Shown: positions 1 to 13,758 of the stretch, one piece after another
Numbering within the stretch: position 1 is the stretch's first letter
Layout: every line of letters starts with the position of its first letter
Origin: Atractiella rhizophila
Lineage: Eukaryota
DNA: 64,000 bases
Assembly: GCA_021432655.1 (NCBI GenBank)
Contig: MU271180.1
Coordinates: forward strand, 19,445-83,444
Reading direction: 5' to 3'
The notes under the pieces: model-generated
Seen by the model: the letters and a program-made list of their open reading frames with translations, nothing else
What the model was told of the DNA's origin: nothing
Databases searched by the model: none
Position numbers and translations under genes: made by a program

Positions 1-2033
1 AATCGGTACTTGATCCAGACAATATCAGTTTGACATATTGTTTGGAGAGGAAGAACATACTTCAGTAGCTCCCATCTTCCGCCCACACCTTCATAGCATT
101 CCAAACCGCCTCCAATGCTCCTGCTTTTCTTAGCGCTTTCGCATTACTAACGATCTGTGCAAGGTGCTCTTTTGGAGTTCCTGCACTAGCGAATGAGCCT
201 TGTGCAACGTAAAGAAGGCGGCGCGAGCTCTCGAATCGAACTTCAGGATCGCGGTGCTCAAGCGACTCGGTGAGCGTGAGCAGAAGAGAATGTTTTTGGT
301 TGTCTGGGAGGGAAGAAAAATCTGTGCTTTCAAATCGTCAGAAATGATCGAGAATATGGGAAAAAGGCGGAGGACAACCTTCAATTCCTTTCCAGTTCCC
401 GATAGGCGAACTCTTTTCAAACGTCTTCCGATACTCAATGATCTACATTTATATTCAGCATTGTGTAGACTGAAGGCAGGCGAAACCGACATGAGATATT
501 TCCACATAAGAATAGAAGTCTTCGAGCTCCGTCATAAGCGCGTCGCTGTCAGGAGGTGGGTGGATTGGGAAGGTATATAGAGAGGGCTAGAAAAGTGTCA
601 GATTTCAGCATGATTCTAGGACGTCATATAGCAGTCCTCCTGCCCACGATCTTTCTCTTGCGTCCTAAGAATGAAGAGCGGTGTAATCATACGTCGTGAA
701 GCAAAACAGTCGATGATACTTATCGCAATATCGAAGAAATAGCTCGAGCACGCTTCATAGAGCGAGACCAACAGATAGCAACTAATGTAGCTAGCTCTCT
801 TGGGCACACAACAGGTGGTGTCGAACTATTTGCAAGTTGCTGGCTCTCTGATCAAACCCAAACACACATCTCAAAGTCCATGAAACACTAGATGCATACC
901 TTGACCTTGCCAGCCCCAGGTCTCATATCAGCACCAGGACCTAATCCTCCCATTCCAGCATGCGGTGCTCCCGGTGGCCCAATAAACCCAAACTCCATGC
1001 CTGCCTGCGCTGCTTGCGCGATCTGTGAGAGGGCGGATGGTCCATGAGAAGGCCCCAGAGTGGACATGGTCGTTATTACAACCAGCCCATTTGAGTCACG
1101 TGTCTGTAATGGATTGCGGCCAAGGGTATCCTTGTTCTTCCCATCCACTACACACTGCTACTGTGGCAGATCCTCATTTCCAAGCTTGCTCGTGCAAAGA
1201 GCTAGTCGGCCTTGCGTGGTCAGCTTTTACGTGGTCCCCTTGGGAGTGGAAATTATGCCTTTAGAACTATTATATTTACTTGATAGGCACCTTAGTGAAC
1301 GAGGTGAGGTGAGTAGGTTGCTGTTGTGTTCATTCAATGTCTCTTTACGCGGCAAGGCGAGAAAATGAAAATTTATTGCCCATACTTGCTTGAAGATCTT
1401 CCTGTGACGAGGGTAATGGTTAACGTTATTTCGTGACTTGAAGGAGTTGTTGATCCACACTATATATACTCTTCAAAGGGCTAAGTTCTTGAAATACGTG
1501 TGAATCTGAATACATGACTGCTCGCGAGGTTTTGGAATATCGAACCCTGAAGCCCTTGAATTGGCTGAGGAAGATTCACAAACATTCCAATATCTTGGAA
1601 TAACTTTGACTTTGAACAGTTTCAAACGTTGTCTCTGGACGGATCAGATGCGAAGTGGAATTCATCCTTGGTGAGCCTGATTATGACATCTCAGTCTTTT
1701 GCGGAGCTCTTCGGCGGCAGAGAACCGATCAATGCAAAAGCGGATACTTTTTCGGCAGTACCGGTACCCCTCAGAGCTCAAACGCTTCCAAAATCTTCTT
1801 CCATCAACCACAGCCATGCTACCCTCGCATCCTGGGATAGGGGTCACTTCTTTATCTTCTGGATTGCCTACAAAACACGGGGTACTTGTTAAAGGCCGGT
1901 GACAGCGGCCCTTGCATAAAGGCGCTCTCCGTCGACTACTCTCCTTCCCTTTTGTTTTAAGAGGCTTAGATACTAGCCCTACGAACTCACCTGACTTTTC
2001 TTGCCTTTTCGTTCGCGTCTCTGTCATTTATGC

Positions 2034-3610
2034 ATGAAGATGAGTAAGGAAGACGACCACACGTTTGTGGAATGGACTAAGGACGCATATCACGCCCACA
2101 TCTTCCCTATCATCATTGGAGCTAGCTTGGGATTTATTTTCTTCGGCATATCTCTGCACCAGTTCCTTCACGTTTTCAGGCTTTACCATGAGCGCAGTGT
2201 CACGTATTCCATTTCGTGGTGGATCCTGATGGGTCTTTTCTGGGTGAACCTCGGGGATACGTTAGTCCTCCATTCTCCTCCAAAGCATCTTGACGCCAGT
2301 TTATCTGTGAGCAGGATAAACAAATTCTTTTCCTTTGTGTCCTACATGGAAGATGCTGCCCGAGTCGGTCCTGTCCTCCTCCTTGCACCTCCAGTTCCCT
2401 CTACGCGTAAGCTCTCCAAGTTGTATCATCTCAGCTAAAACACAACAATTGCCTATCCAGTACCCGTTGCCGTGTTTCAAGGAACCCTTACCGCTTATGT
2501 CCAGCTGCTCTACATCTACAGGATTGTCCGCATCTCTCGGTTCGGATTTCTTGTCGCCCGAACCTTTCGCTCATGCATAAATGATAGTGGCATGCCAAAA
2601 TTTGGCTCGCTGGATCGTACCTCCAAGGCTATCACCTATTCGTTCGTTTTCCCGAGTCCTTTAGCTCTTGTTAAGCTAAATCAGCTGAAAAGGTTCCTCT
2701 GCCTTGCCGGTGCCTTAATAGTCACTTCGGTACAGCAGTTTTTCTTTCTAATTAATAGAATATCTAAGGTCGCCACGCTAGTTTGTTGGATTTGTGTTGT
2801 ACGGGATATGCCTCACATATCCGATTGACGATTATTTTCCGAAGATGCTGGTGCCGGGAAGCTTAGCGTTGGGTGGTAGGTTCCTCGTGCATTTCATCCC
2901 TTGGCACTTTGATTTGTGTCGGCATTTAGCTGCGTCCTTGGTCGATATTATACTTTGCGGTCTGATGGTCCATCATCTCCGACAGCACAAAGATAAATCT
3001 GGCTTTCAGAAGACTAATTTTATGGCGACGAGAGTATGAAGAATTTCCCTCTAAACCTGCAATAAACTGATGCAGTGGAGGCAGTTTATGTGCGCTGTCT
3101 TGGGTTCCAAAGCCCCGCATCTGACGACTCATGCAGAAAGCTGACATTGGAGACCGGTCTTATACCTACGATAACGCAGGTACGCAACCACCCCTAATAT
3201 CGAGACGAAAATCACTCTGTCTAAAGGTCCTAGAACTTCTGTTTCTTGTCATTGAGCCGGTTTGTCTACACTTTAGCTTTAAACCCCAACCGACGGCCGT
3301 CTGTAGAGAACAGGCTTGTGGGCAGGCATGGGGTATGTGGTAGCGAAGGTGTGCTATCCCTCTTTCCTTCTTTTTGGAATTAACAACATAATAGGTATAT
3401 GTCGTTGCCGCCTTGGTGCTGTTCGAAGCTGCATTATCAGGCAGCATCAACTCCTCGAATCAAGATCACGAAACTACGAAAGAAACTGCTCGCGTTTCTC
3501 GAGAGCTTTCACGGGTACGCTTTAGGGATCAGATTCTCGTAAGCATCTCCTTTCCCCATTTACCACCACGAGGTAACGGAACTACCCGTACAGCGAGAGG
3601 GCGTGACTGA
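2034..3610 (+). CDS. Multi-exon integral membrane protein (resembles basidiomycete DUF6534-type family)
   Basis: Hydrophobic exons: IFPIIIGASLGFIFFGISLHQF..., LVDIILCGLMVHHLRQHKDKSGFQKTN, KLTLETGLIPT, WAGMGYVVAK; GT-AG introns; clear paralogue at 9970-11503. Confidence 0.7.
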
Positions 3611-4299
3611 GCAGCCTGTTGGCTTGCAAGATATGCAAAGCCCAATAATTCCAAAGGAGGTTTGGGCGGAGAAGAATAGGATGTCTCCTTCGAGTCTACC
3701 GAGCTATGAGTCTTGAATACCATGCATTGCCGTTCGTTACGTTTTGGTGATTTTCGTGATATCTGTTTCCACCCTGATTGTAGCTAAATTTTTACCAATC
3801 CCAATACAAACCTAGGTTGTCGAAAACGAAGCAAGGGTCGCAATGGAACACAACTTCAAGGTAGCATATAATTAGCGTACCATCAGACAAGCGGGTCACT
3901 GGCCGCGATATACTGCCTAGAAAATATGAAGTCGGGATCGAGGGAGGAACGTCACACTCTGTCTCACTGGTAGTATGAATATCACAACCATAATTGTAGA
4001 CTGACAATACGATATCAGCCTCTATTTCAGTCTCTCTGAGGTCTAAGCTATCTCTCTAGAGTCTAATCAGCACAAGCACTCCTAATTGTTTCTTATTCTC
4101 TTCGCAAATTCCCTTCCCAGCGCATCCACCTTTTCTGCATCTACACTTTCCTCCGTCCCATCGACTTCCATGCCGAGAGCGCTCCAGCAAACTGTTTAAT
4201 TATAAGAATAAGTTAGTCGAGCAGTTTCACGTATTCAAACCAGAGGGGGAACAAGAAGGGGATGGCGCACCTCGCAAGCCCAAATCATCCTCGAAGACC

Positions 4300-5950
4300 T
4301 GCCTTTTTATTTCTTCATCCGTCCACACTCCTTTCTCGTCCCCAACATACGCTAGACACTGACTGCCGACCTCAAGGAACATCATTGGTTTTACCTATCC
4401 ACAAAATCCCCAAGCGCACCGGCCATATCAGAATATCTTCGTCTGTACACAAAGCAAGAGTGAACGACAAACGGGAGGGAACTCTTCCATCTTCTCACCT
4501 CTCTTCGGCTTTGGTCGTGGATCATGCGGACCATCATGGTATACAGGTTTCTTTCCCTCTTCTCCGGAGGGAGGTGGAAGGAGGGACCGATAGAGATTCC
4601 TCGCCGCCAAGGCACCCATCGCCATGCTCGTTCCTACACGCTTGATCCCTGGCCATCTCACTACATCTCCTGCACCATAGTGGGACTCCGCATTGGGAGC
4701 AGAGGGCGGGAATTGCATCCTGGGATGAATTTGTCAGGATTGGTGGACGATGGAAGAACGACGAACGTAGCCCGAACAGGGATGTAGCCTTCTTCGTCTT
4801 TCGCTTCCCTGGGCAAAAATGCACTGACTGGGCCAAATCCAGATGCGGTATTTAAGACCATATCCACACCATTGAACTTCCACCCCTCCTCATCCTTTTC
4901 CAGTCCATCTCCTAGCGTCGCACCTACGCCTTCCTTTTGCTCCAACCTCACCTCCTTCTTCTTCTCGTCGTACTCACCCACCCTCCAGCCGAGGAACACC
5001 TCAACACCTTCTTCCTTCGTCATCGTGAGAGCTTTGTCTTTGAATTCGTTTGGCAAAGGCTCGTTCGACAGGAGTGAAAGTCGAGAATGGAAGAGGAGCA
5101 CCCTAACGTTCGGGTAGTGTGTCTTCAGCGAAGTGGAGAGCTCCACACCAACCGCTCCACCTCCCAAAACAAGGACTGTCTTCGTAGAAGGAGCAATCGG
5201 CAGTAGTGCCTGGGAGACAAAGGAGGACTTGTGTGTCAACGAGCCGAGGGGTACGACAGGAGTGATTCTCTCTAAACCTGTCCCAACTACTCCGACAATA
5301 CGCTCAGCGACGTGTGCAGCTAGGAAGGAAGAAACTGTGAAGAAAGGGGCCAAACCGATAAGGAAGTCGTATTCCGCATTTTCCTTCCATCCCATAGCAC
5401 TCCCATCTACGAATGTATAAGAAACCATCTTATCCTCCATTCGCACTTCTTCCACTTCAGCATGCAAGAACTCAACCTTGACATTCCGGTTCTCTCCCTC
5501 CTTTGGAACCCACGGGATGTCCTTAAACAGCTTCCAGCTTTTCTGGGCATAACCTTCCTCTACTTGCGCCAATGGAGAACCGATGAGGTGTACTAGACGG
5601 CGAGGAATCAAGAGACCGAATCAGTCAGTCAGAACATGAAGAAGGAAGCGAAGGGGAGCTGAAAACACACGAATTCCGTCACGCCTGTCGATGACCTTGA
5701 TGGACACATTCCAATTTATCTGCTCTTGATCAACATTCCCAATAACCTTTCCATTGGCCGATAGGCTGTCGGGTAGGACGAAGATTGATGATGAGACAGA
5801 ACTCGAGAATAGCGAGATGAGGGTCCTGAGGGAAAAGAGACCAGCATAGGACGCTCCGACGAGGATGATACGTACACTGTGTGAGCAAATACAGCGTCAG
5901 TCAGTTAGAGCATTGGTATTACTGCTTAAAACTTTTGAAATTTAAGCATT
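4300..5950 (-). CDS. FAD/NAD(P)-dependent oxidoreductase, AIF/AMID (FSP1)-like; ends approximate
   Basis: N-terminal IILVGASYAG, second Rossmann motif VLVLGGGAVGVE, DEEGYIPV and AGDV motifs across ORFs 4661-5611 and 4428-4718. Confidence 0.8.
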
Positions 5951-6348
5951 GCTAGACGCTATCGCTTTACAGTAAGGCTTGGTAGAACAATGATTGAAAA
6001 CTTGAAGATGCCTTTGTGCTGCACAGGTTGCTTCCCTATGTATCTTGAAGCTTTCTATTGAGCTCGAAATTGACAGAGAAGCCACTGAAATGTCAATGCA
6101 CCAATGGACGCAAAAACTCACTTCATGGTTGTTTGTGCCATCAACTTCGGCAACGCAAGGAAGATCGTTCTTATCTAATCTGATAGTCGTTTATATATGT
6201 CAATTTTCCGACCGATGTGATTTCGGGAGCGAAGGAAACGGCGAAATTGATCTGAAAATTCTGTCCAATCAAGTCCAGTCCCAGTTCTGGTGAATCCGCA
6301 ACAGCAGGCCAAGCCAGACTAGATCCTATACAGCCCGCTCGAACCGCT

Positions 6349-8328
6349 ATGCCCTCTTGGTCTTCGTTCAACTTCAGCCTGCACTCAACACAAACGCGGC
6401 TGCTTCTCACTACTGCGCTCGTATCTTCCCTCGTTACCCTTTCCGCTGTTCAGCTCTATTCCTCCTTCACGAGCTCATCCCGAGCAAAGAAATCAAAAAC
6501 TCAGCGTCTTCCTTCTCGCGCTGAAGAGGAAGTTTCGGATACTCCCAAGGAACGTCAAAGGAATGTCGCGTTTTCAGAAGAGCTGATTCGCGAGTACCTC
6601 TCGCGGAATATCTCCTTTCTAGGGTTAGAAGGGGTGCACAAGCTGCGAGCGAGCAGCGTGGTCATCGTGGGAATGGGAGGGGTGGGAGCAAATGCCGCTA
6701 TCTCACTGGCGAGGTCAGGAGTAGGGAGGATGAAATTGGTGGATTTCGACCTTGTCTCCCTTAGTTCTCTCAACGTGAGTCTTTTCGTTCTCTATGCTAG
6801 GAAGTTGGTGAGGAGATTTGATGGAAGAGGCACACGCCGTCCACGATTGATGACGTCGGACTTCCCAAAGTTGAGGTGACGGCCAATTGGATCAAAAGAG
6901 TCGCACCATGGGTTAAGGTGGAGTCTGTGATTGGCGTGTATGGGAAGGAGGAACGTTTAGACGAGCAAATCATAAGTGGCGCCGATTGGGTTATTGGTTC
7001 GTCCCTTTCTTTCATTTGACGATAGTACAACTGACACCTTAACGTAGACTGCATTGACAACATCGACACCAAGGTCTGTCTTATTTCCACCTTTTCAGCG
7101 TCAATCAAAGCTCAATCTGAGAGCAGGTCAAGCTCCTCTCCGACTGTCACAAGCGTGGCATCAAGGTTCGTGTAATTTCTCTCCTGTCGATTGACAACTG
7201 ACGTTCTACACTCCAAAGGTCTTCTCAGCCATGGGCGCGGGCTCTAAGGTTGACCCAGCACGTATACAAATCGGGTACGTCCTCTTTTTCTACTCTGTTC
7301 GCCCTGTGGCTCCAGGTAGTCACAACACGGAAGTGTTTGTTTGCTAATATGATGCAATGTGATGCGACAGAGACATTTCCGCCACCTCTGAAGACCCTCT
7401 CTCTCGCTCTGTACGACGGCGTCTACGACTAGAAGGAATAGTGACGGGCATACCTACGATCGTTCGTCATCCTCTCTAACTACAAACCACGGATACTGAT
7501 GTATGTCGCTATGGGATCATGGAACAGTTCAGCACTGAAGTCCCAGACCGAGCAGTCTCCCTACTGCCTCTTCCAGAAGAACAATTCCAAGCCCAAAACA
7601 TCAATGAGCTTTCATCCTTGGACAACTTTCGAGTCCGCATCCTCCCAGTCCTGGGAATGTTACCGTGCATTGTTCGCCTCTTCCTCCCCACTATTTCACC
7701 AAATGCTGAGGTGGAATGTACAGTTCGGCAACGCAATAGCTGCCTACATCGTATGCAATATTGCAGATTGGGGACGTGCGAAGGAGTGGTTGGTGGTGCG
7801 AAATAGGCCGAAAGTCTATGACAAGTGTTGGGGGAGGCTGAAGGGAGCCGAACAAAAACTGGGGAATTCACAGGAAGGGGGAGAGTCCGTATTCTTACTC
7901 CTCTTGCTCTCACACGTCGATCGAGCTAAAGACTGTGGTTGGGTGTTCCGATAGTCCAAAAGGCGTGACGAAGGAAGAGCTCATATACGTATATGAAGAG
8001 GTTTTCGTTGGACGTTCCGCCGTCGACAGAACTTGCATTCCCATCAAACCAACTATTTTAAGGTGGGATGTAGGACAACCTCTCAGTTGGAGTAACCTGG
8101 TGTTGCTGGAGCGCAACGAGGCTGAAAAGTCCGTCTCTCATTCCTATTCCTTGCCCTGGTATACAGGGGAGCAAATTTGACGGCATGAAACGGGATAGGC
8201 ACGAAAAAGAGCATTACAAGGCTGGCTTGCCTTTGGAACATGTTTGGGGCGTTGAGATTGTTGACAGGGTGCGGAGGAGGCTGGAGGAGGAGAAGCGGTG
8301 GAGGGAGGGGTGGCAACGAGACTGGTGA
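6349..8328 (+). CDS. TCD1: tRNA threonylcarbamoyladenosine dehydratase (ThiF/E1-like, TCD1/TCD2 family)
   Basis: N-terminal TM segment; SRNISFLG, VVIVGMGGVG, LARSGVGRMKLVDFDLVSLSSLNRH, DCIDNIDTK, SAMGAGSKVDP, EDPLSRSVRRRL, FRVRILPVLG. Confidence 0.9.
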
Positions 8329-8827
8329 ATGGTCAAGCGGAATGTCCTGTCGTTGGCTCGAAGTTCCCCGCCTCTGTCGATCCCCTGTCAATCCCTGTAT
8401 GACGTCCTGAAATGGATGGTGCTAGCTCAAGCTTAGTTAGGTGGGTCGGTTCCGTGAAATTTTGTGCTTCCCGTTTTTGAACTCCGAGTGCTGCTAGTGC
8501 ACCATCGGGAACGTTGATGTTCCTTGGGAGGATGATACCTCGGTTCTAACAACATGAGTAATGTTGAAGTTGCTTCTTTTAGCTGCCCAATCTTTCCCGT
8601 TCTGCAACTGTTACTGCTTGTCCAGTTGTCCAGGTGTTTCCCTGCTTCCTCGCGATACCTGCTGCCTCTCATCATCACAATCATGAGAACCGATATTCCT
8701 TCATTCGCTTTTCCGCAGTTGCCTTTAGCTATAAAAGCTCCAGCAGCGAGCTCTCATAAGACACATTCAGATCCTTTTCTTCAATCGCACGGTTCTCTTC
8801 ACCCTCTCACCTACAATAACAACGACA

Positions 8828-9463
8828 ATGAAGCTCTTCACCGTCTTTTCGGCTCTTGTCACTCTCGCCTCCGCTTCTCCACTGTCTAAGCGAGTTGGAC
8901 CTTCTGGCCAGCTTATCACGCCATACGATGGTCTTCAGGTTGGTTTGAGACAGGGTGTGCTGATCAATTACAAACGCGTGAATGGAGACCAAGGCTTCTA
9001 CACCGAAACGATTGGTTCGTCTTCGTCTATGATTTCATCGTTGCCTTCGTCATGCTTATTCGCATCATCTCAAGACGTTGACTTCCAAGACAAATGCGGC
9101 AAGACATGGAGAGTAGCCTCGAACATCACTTCAGCCGGGAGGGACGAAAATATTGTTGGTTACTACGGTATCCCTCTGCCTTGCGACTTCCCCGGATATC
9201 CAAGTGCTGGAGTTGGGTCTGGCAACATTCAAGTCATCATGTGTGTCTTTCTGTCCATTCCATCAAAAGTGAAGGCTTGAACAAATGATTATTGCAGCAC
9301 GGAGCACCAGATCGGGCAGCATGGACGTGTTTCATTCAGAGCTGCAGCTCCTACTTTCCAACCCACCGTTTTCAGCGGCGATGAGTGTGCAACGTTAGCT
9401 GGCGCAGTGCGTTATTCTTCCCTCCTATTCGAAGTTGGCTCTTGGCTCATTCCATTCCGCTAA
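8828..9463 (+). CDS. Small secreted protein of unknown function (3' end approximate)
   Basis: Signal peptide MKLFTVFSALVTLASA followed by SPLSKR (Kex2-type site); short introns; TATAAAA at about 8730. Confidence 0.7.
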
Positions 9464-9969
9464 TAAAGTGCGGCAACACCGATGAATGGATGCTCCCCTA
9501 ATTCCTGGGACGAACGACACTACTACGGTCACAATGGACCCCTTCTTCAGTTTCAAACCACGTAGTAAATGAATGAACAGGCGATAAAAATTCAAAGTGC
9601 CTATATACAAAGTTACTGGGCACGTGACCCTCGAATTGCACACACAGAGCCAAGAAGAACCCCACCGAATACCAACTAGACTGGAAATTATGCAACGACG
9701 ATGTCGTCCAGTACAATCAACAATTCCACTACCACTGTCACATACAGCTTGCTTAAGAAATTAACGAGACACATTCAATGAGTTTGAAATTTGTTGCGGA
9801 TATTAGACGTCGTAGTCTGGTCGCTGCCCCTCTAACTGGTTCTTCTTGTCTGCTATGTCCAGCACAGGGGAAGGGGGACGCAGTTGACCGATGCGTATTG
9901 CTTGCTCGACGGTATCTTCATGTTGCATGGATGTCGATGTCACCTGGTCGCAAATCAGCCCTATGCATT

Positions 9970-11503
9970 CTACCGTAATAGGAAACTGACCAGGATTTGA
10001 TCTCGAAACCGCCCTCTTGATATATCTCTTGAAGTTTGTCTATTTCTTTCGTGTGAATGGCTTGAAGTAGGATGGCTTCCAGAAAGCGCCGCTTCGTAAA
10101 GCACCAATGCGGAAACAACATAGACCTTCCAGGAGTTGTGAGATGAGGAGCTAATATGAAAGATACAAACATACTCGGGCTACCACATAAGCTGTTCCTG
10201 CCCAATATGTCGATCGCTGTCCTTTATGTCACTTGTGCTTCCTACCGTGTTATAAAAGACAAACCGATTTGGTAAAGAAGAAGATCAATTCGAGAATCTA
10301 AGTTGACAGTGAGCATCGCACAACTGATTATAGTGGCTGGGTCATACCTGAGCTAATGTTGGTGCGAGGCCCGTTTCGAGCGTCAGCTTACTATGAGAGT
10401 TTTGAGTAACAGTACAGCGGCCACAGCAAACATTAGGATCGCGCACATGAACTACCCGCCAGACCAGTCAGATAGGTACATGGATTATAGTGAAGGTTGA
10501 ATTACCTTTGAAGCCATGAAATTAGTTTTTTCGAATCCAGATTTTCCCTTGTGCCGTTGAAGGTTGTAAACCATCAAAGCACAGAGGATTACGTCGGTAG
10601 TACAGGCGCCTGTCGAAAGGATCAACGGATGAGATAACAAGCACAGTGAGAAATAACATACAGCCCAAAGATATGCCTGCGGGAATGAGCATTTTTGGAA
10701 AGTACGTATTGATGGGATCCGTCAGGAGAACACCGTGGTATATGAATCCAACGAACTGACGAGAAAAGCGGTCAACACATGAACACATACTCGGCATGTC
10801 CAAACTCACAGAGGTGAGGATAAGCGCGCCGGCGATCCAAAGACAACTGCTCCTTGCTTAGACTTGAACACAACAAATGCAGGTAGGTCCCTTACGTGAA
10901 GGTGACGATCCTTGCACGCCTGTGGCTTGAATCGAATTTCGACATTCCCCTATACATTTCGTGTCACTGTCGATCGAAAAAGGACAGACAACAAACAAAC
11001 CTTGTAGTCCGCACGATTCTGTTCACGTAGATAAGTTGAACATAGTTCGTGAGGATTCCCTGAAACAAAGCAACCGGGACTGCAAGGCTACGTTTTCAGC
11101 TGCATTCATCCAAGATGGTGCTAACTCACGAGTTGCTGGTACCGGAGGTTTGAACAGCATAAGGGGGCCGACTAGGGCAGCATCTTCCAAGTACGTGACA
11201 AACGAGATGAGCTTGTTGATACTGCTCAGATGCAGGATCAAGGCGACAGAATAAAGATGGATGGATGGAAAGGACGAACGAGTCTCCGAGAGATAGCCAG
11301 AACAGGATCATTAAGACCCACCACGACTTCGAGTACACAGATCCTCGCTCACGGTATAGCTTGAAGACATGGAAGAATTGGTCCAAAGCGATTCCGTACA
11401 AGATGAATCCCAAACTTGAGCCGATGACAAGAGGCAAGATGTGGATGTGATAAAGGTCCTTAGTCCACGGAATGAAGAACCCTGTTGGCGCCTCTTCACT
11501 CAT
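9970..11503 (-). CDS. Integral membrane protein, paralogue of 2034-3610
   Basis: WTKDLYHIHILPLVIGSSLGFILYGIALDQF, KLTLETGLAPT, WAGTAYVVAR, RFRDQILVS match the first copy exon by exon. Confidence 0.7.
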
Positions 11504-13758
11504 TCTTGCCACAATTAATCAAAGAATTCGAGAGGAGAGCAGGCACCAAGCTTCGTCGAGGGAGGGTGTGAAAGATGAGAATCAGGCCGGAGTTTAAATA
11601 CCTAAAGCTGGGGAACAAGGTGTCTCCATGCCCCACCACGTTTCCATTGTGCCTCCAGCGGGAGCAGCGACCAAATTCCCTGTCATTGATTGACGCCAAA
11701 AGCGAAGTCCTGATCATTCATCAACATAGAGACATTTCTGGCGTGCGAGGCTCTCCGCGCTAAGCGGCGATTCAATCAAGTTTATTCAACTCGCAGCTTC
11801 GAATTGTGGAGCAAAGTCAAGCGACTCAGCTCCAGCTCCGAGCTGAAAGAGGGCCGAGGAGGAGGATAAATTTATTGGGATTCCCAAGAAAGCATGGCAG
11901 CATGCAGTCGAGAACCTAGGAGAACCAACGAAAACAGCTTCAAACCAGAGGGCAATTAGAACCTATAGAAATCAAGTCTTCGATCTCGTCCGAAGGTAGA
12001 GTGAATGGCGCCGAAATATGTCAGGCAGCACGGTTCCCCAAAGGTTGTGTTACGAAACTCAAGCGGACTCCACAATGTTCATTCTTTCAAAGCGTCAGTG
12101 AAGGTTAATCCCGATTGAGTAAAGTCGGTAACCAGAGTCCAAAAGCGTAAATCACGAGGTTAATCTAGAAACGGCGAGGCGACCAAGAATAAAACTGAAT
12201 TTCCAACTTTCACCTCGTGACCAAGACAATATATCCCAGGTAGCTCGATGAATGCACAGTTCTCAAGATTTTCCTAACCTTGTTTTTCAGAAGAGGTCGG
12301 GGAAAGAGAGATGGAACAATGCCTCTAATCGCGTCATTTCCATCGCTTGGCAGCCGCACCTCCCTGTGCCTTACCCACATGTCTCAACGTCAAATCAGTT
12401 ATTCGCTCAAAGATCAGTCAATGTCACTTCGGCATGCGCAGAGAGATCTCCTCGGCTTCCTCTGTCGAAGCCATGAGAAGACGAAGAAGGCGAAATTGGC
12501 GTGACCATCACTCATGTGCTCAAGACCAACTTGACGGGAAGGCTCCAGTTAGAGGCAGCGATCGAAAGCGAGGGCTGCCGAACTGTTCGACCATTCAACT
12601 TCAACCTTTCAACCTCTGATTCAAGCTTCACGCTGAAAACGAAAACACACAACGGGGTTACAATGGAAAGAGGCTACAGACATCAAGCACTAGGTGCGTA
12701 CAGAATCACTGTAAAGCGTGTCCATCCTCACTCAACAGCCCTCAGTTCTCAGAAGGAAACCATCGGAAGAGTGTGGAGCAAATTAGGCAGAACAGCAAGC
12801 AACACCTCTGTCGTCTCGCGCGTGCATCTTCCAAATCAGCCCAATTTCGATCAAGCAACGCCGTCGTCTCACCGGTGCCTCTTCGAGACCATTTCATTTC
12901 GATCAAGCAACACTTTGTCGCCTCACTCGTGTCTCTTTCAAATCATTTCGATCAATTTCCCATATTGGCAGCCTCAGACTATGTTCTCTTTTGCGAAATT
13001 AGAAAAGCACACGGCGCAATCAATATGAATGGATCGACTGCCGAATTTCGCCCTTGGATCCACTTCGCACGGCCAAGCATCCCCTCAACACCGAAAGCAT
13101 TGATATTTTCTTACAAAGTAGGTCTCGATCGTCTCGCGGCAAACCGCACCTGCCTGCCCTGCTCGACTTTCCTGCTCCCAAGCAGCTTCCTCGTTGCGGC
13201 GTATTTCGCAGATACGTAGCCACTTTCCAGAAGAACAAGTAGAGCCGCTGTTGATGCGTGCAACTGTTGAAACACGACGCGACGGTGATGCTAGGAAAGT
13301 TCAGGGATTGCCATTTATTCGAGATCTGCGCTCTTCCCGACTCTTGCTTCACCCGATGTAGACAGAAAGTTCCAAGATCCAAAATAACGCAGTTCCTTCA
13401 ATGCCACAAGGAAGGACTCACCACCCCCAAGCTCTGTAGGGCCCAATACTCTATTCAAATTCTGCTAGACTGAGTGTCTCTCTGTCACCCACAACCAAAC
13501 ATGTGAATCGCCATCCACATCACCTGAGAGGTTGGGGAGCAAGGATCGAGCGTCCAAAAGGAGCAAGTTTTTTGGCTTGCCATAGTCTCTGCCATAGTCT
13601 GGTAGTCTGAGGTATCCGAAGCTGACGCGCCATTTGTTACTCTTCTTTTGAGGTGAGGTGGGACATCCGAGGATGTCGTGCAGTCATCAACCATCGTCAT
13701 CCTCCCTCACCATCAGCTGAGATCAAGATAAGATCAACAGGGAAAGAAGGAAAGAAAG

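Noticed and set aside
130..1460. Short ORFs at the window start
   Set aside because: No recognisable domain or consistent exon chain; cannot support a gene call.
12252..13600. Overlapping ORFs upstream of MMS2
   Set aside because: No motifs or convincing gene structure seen.
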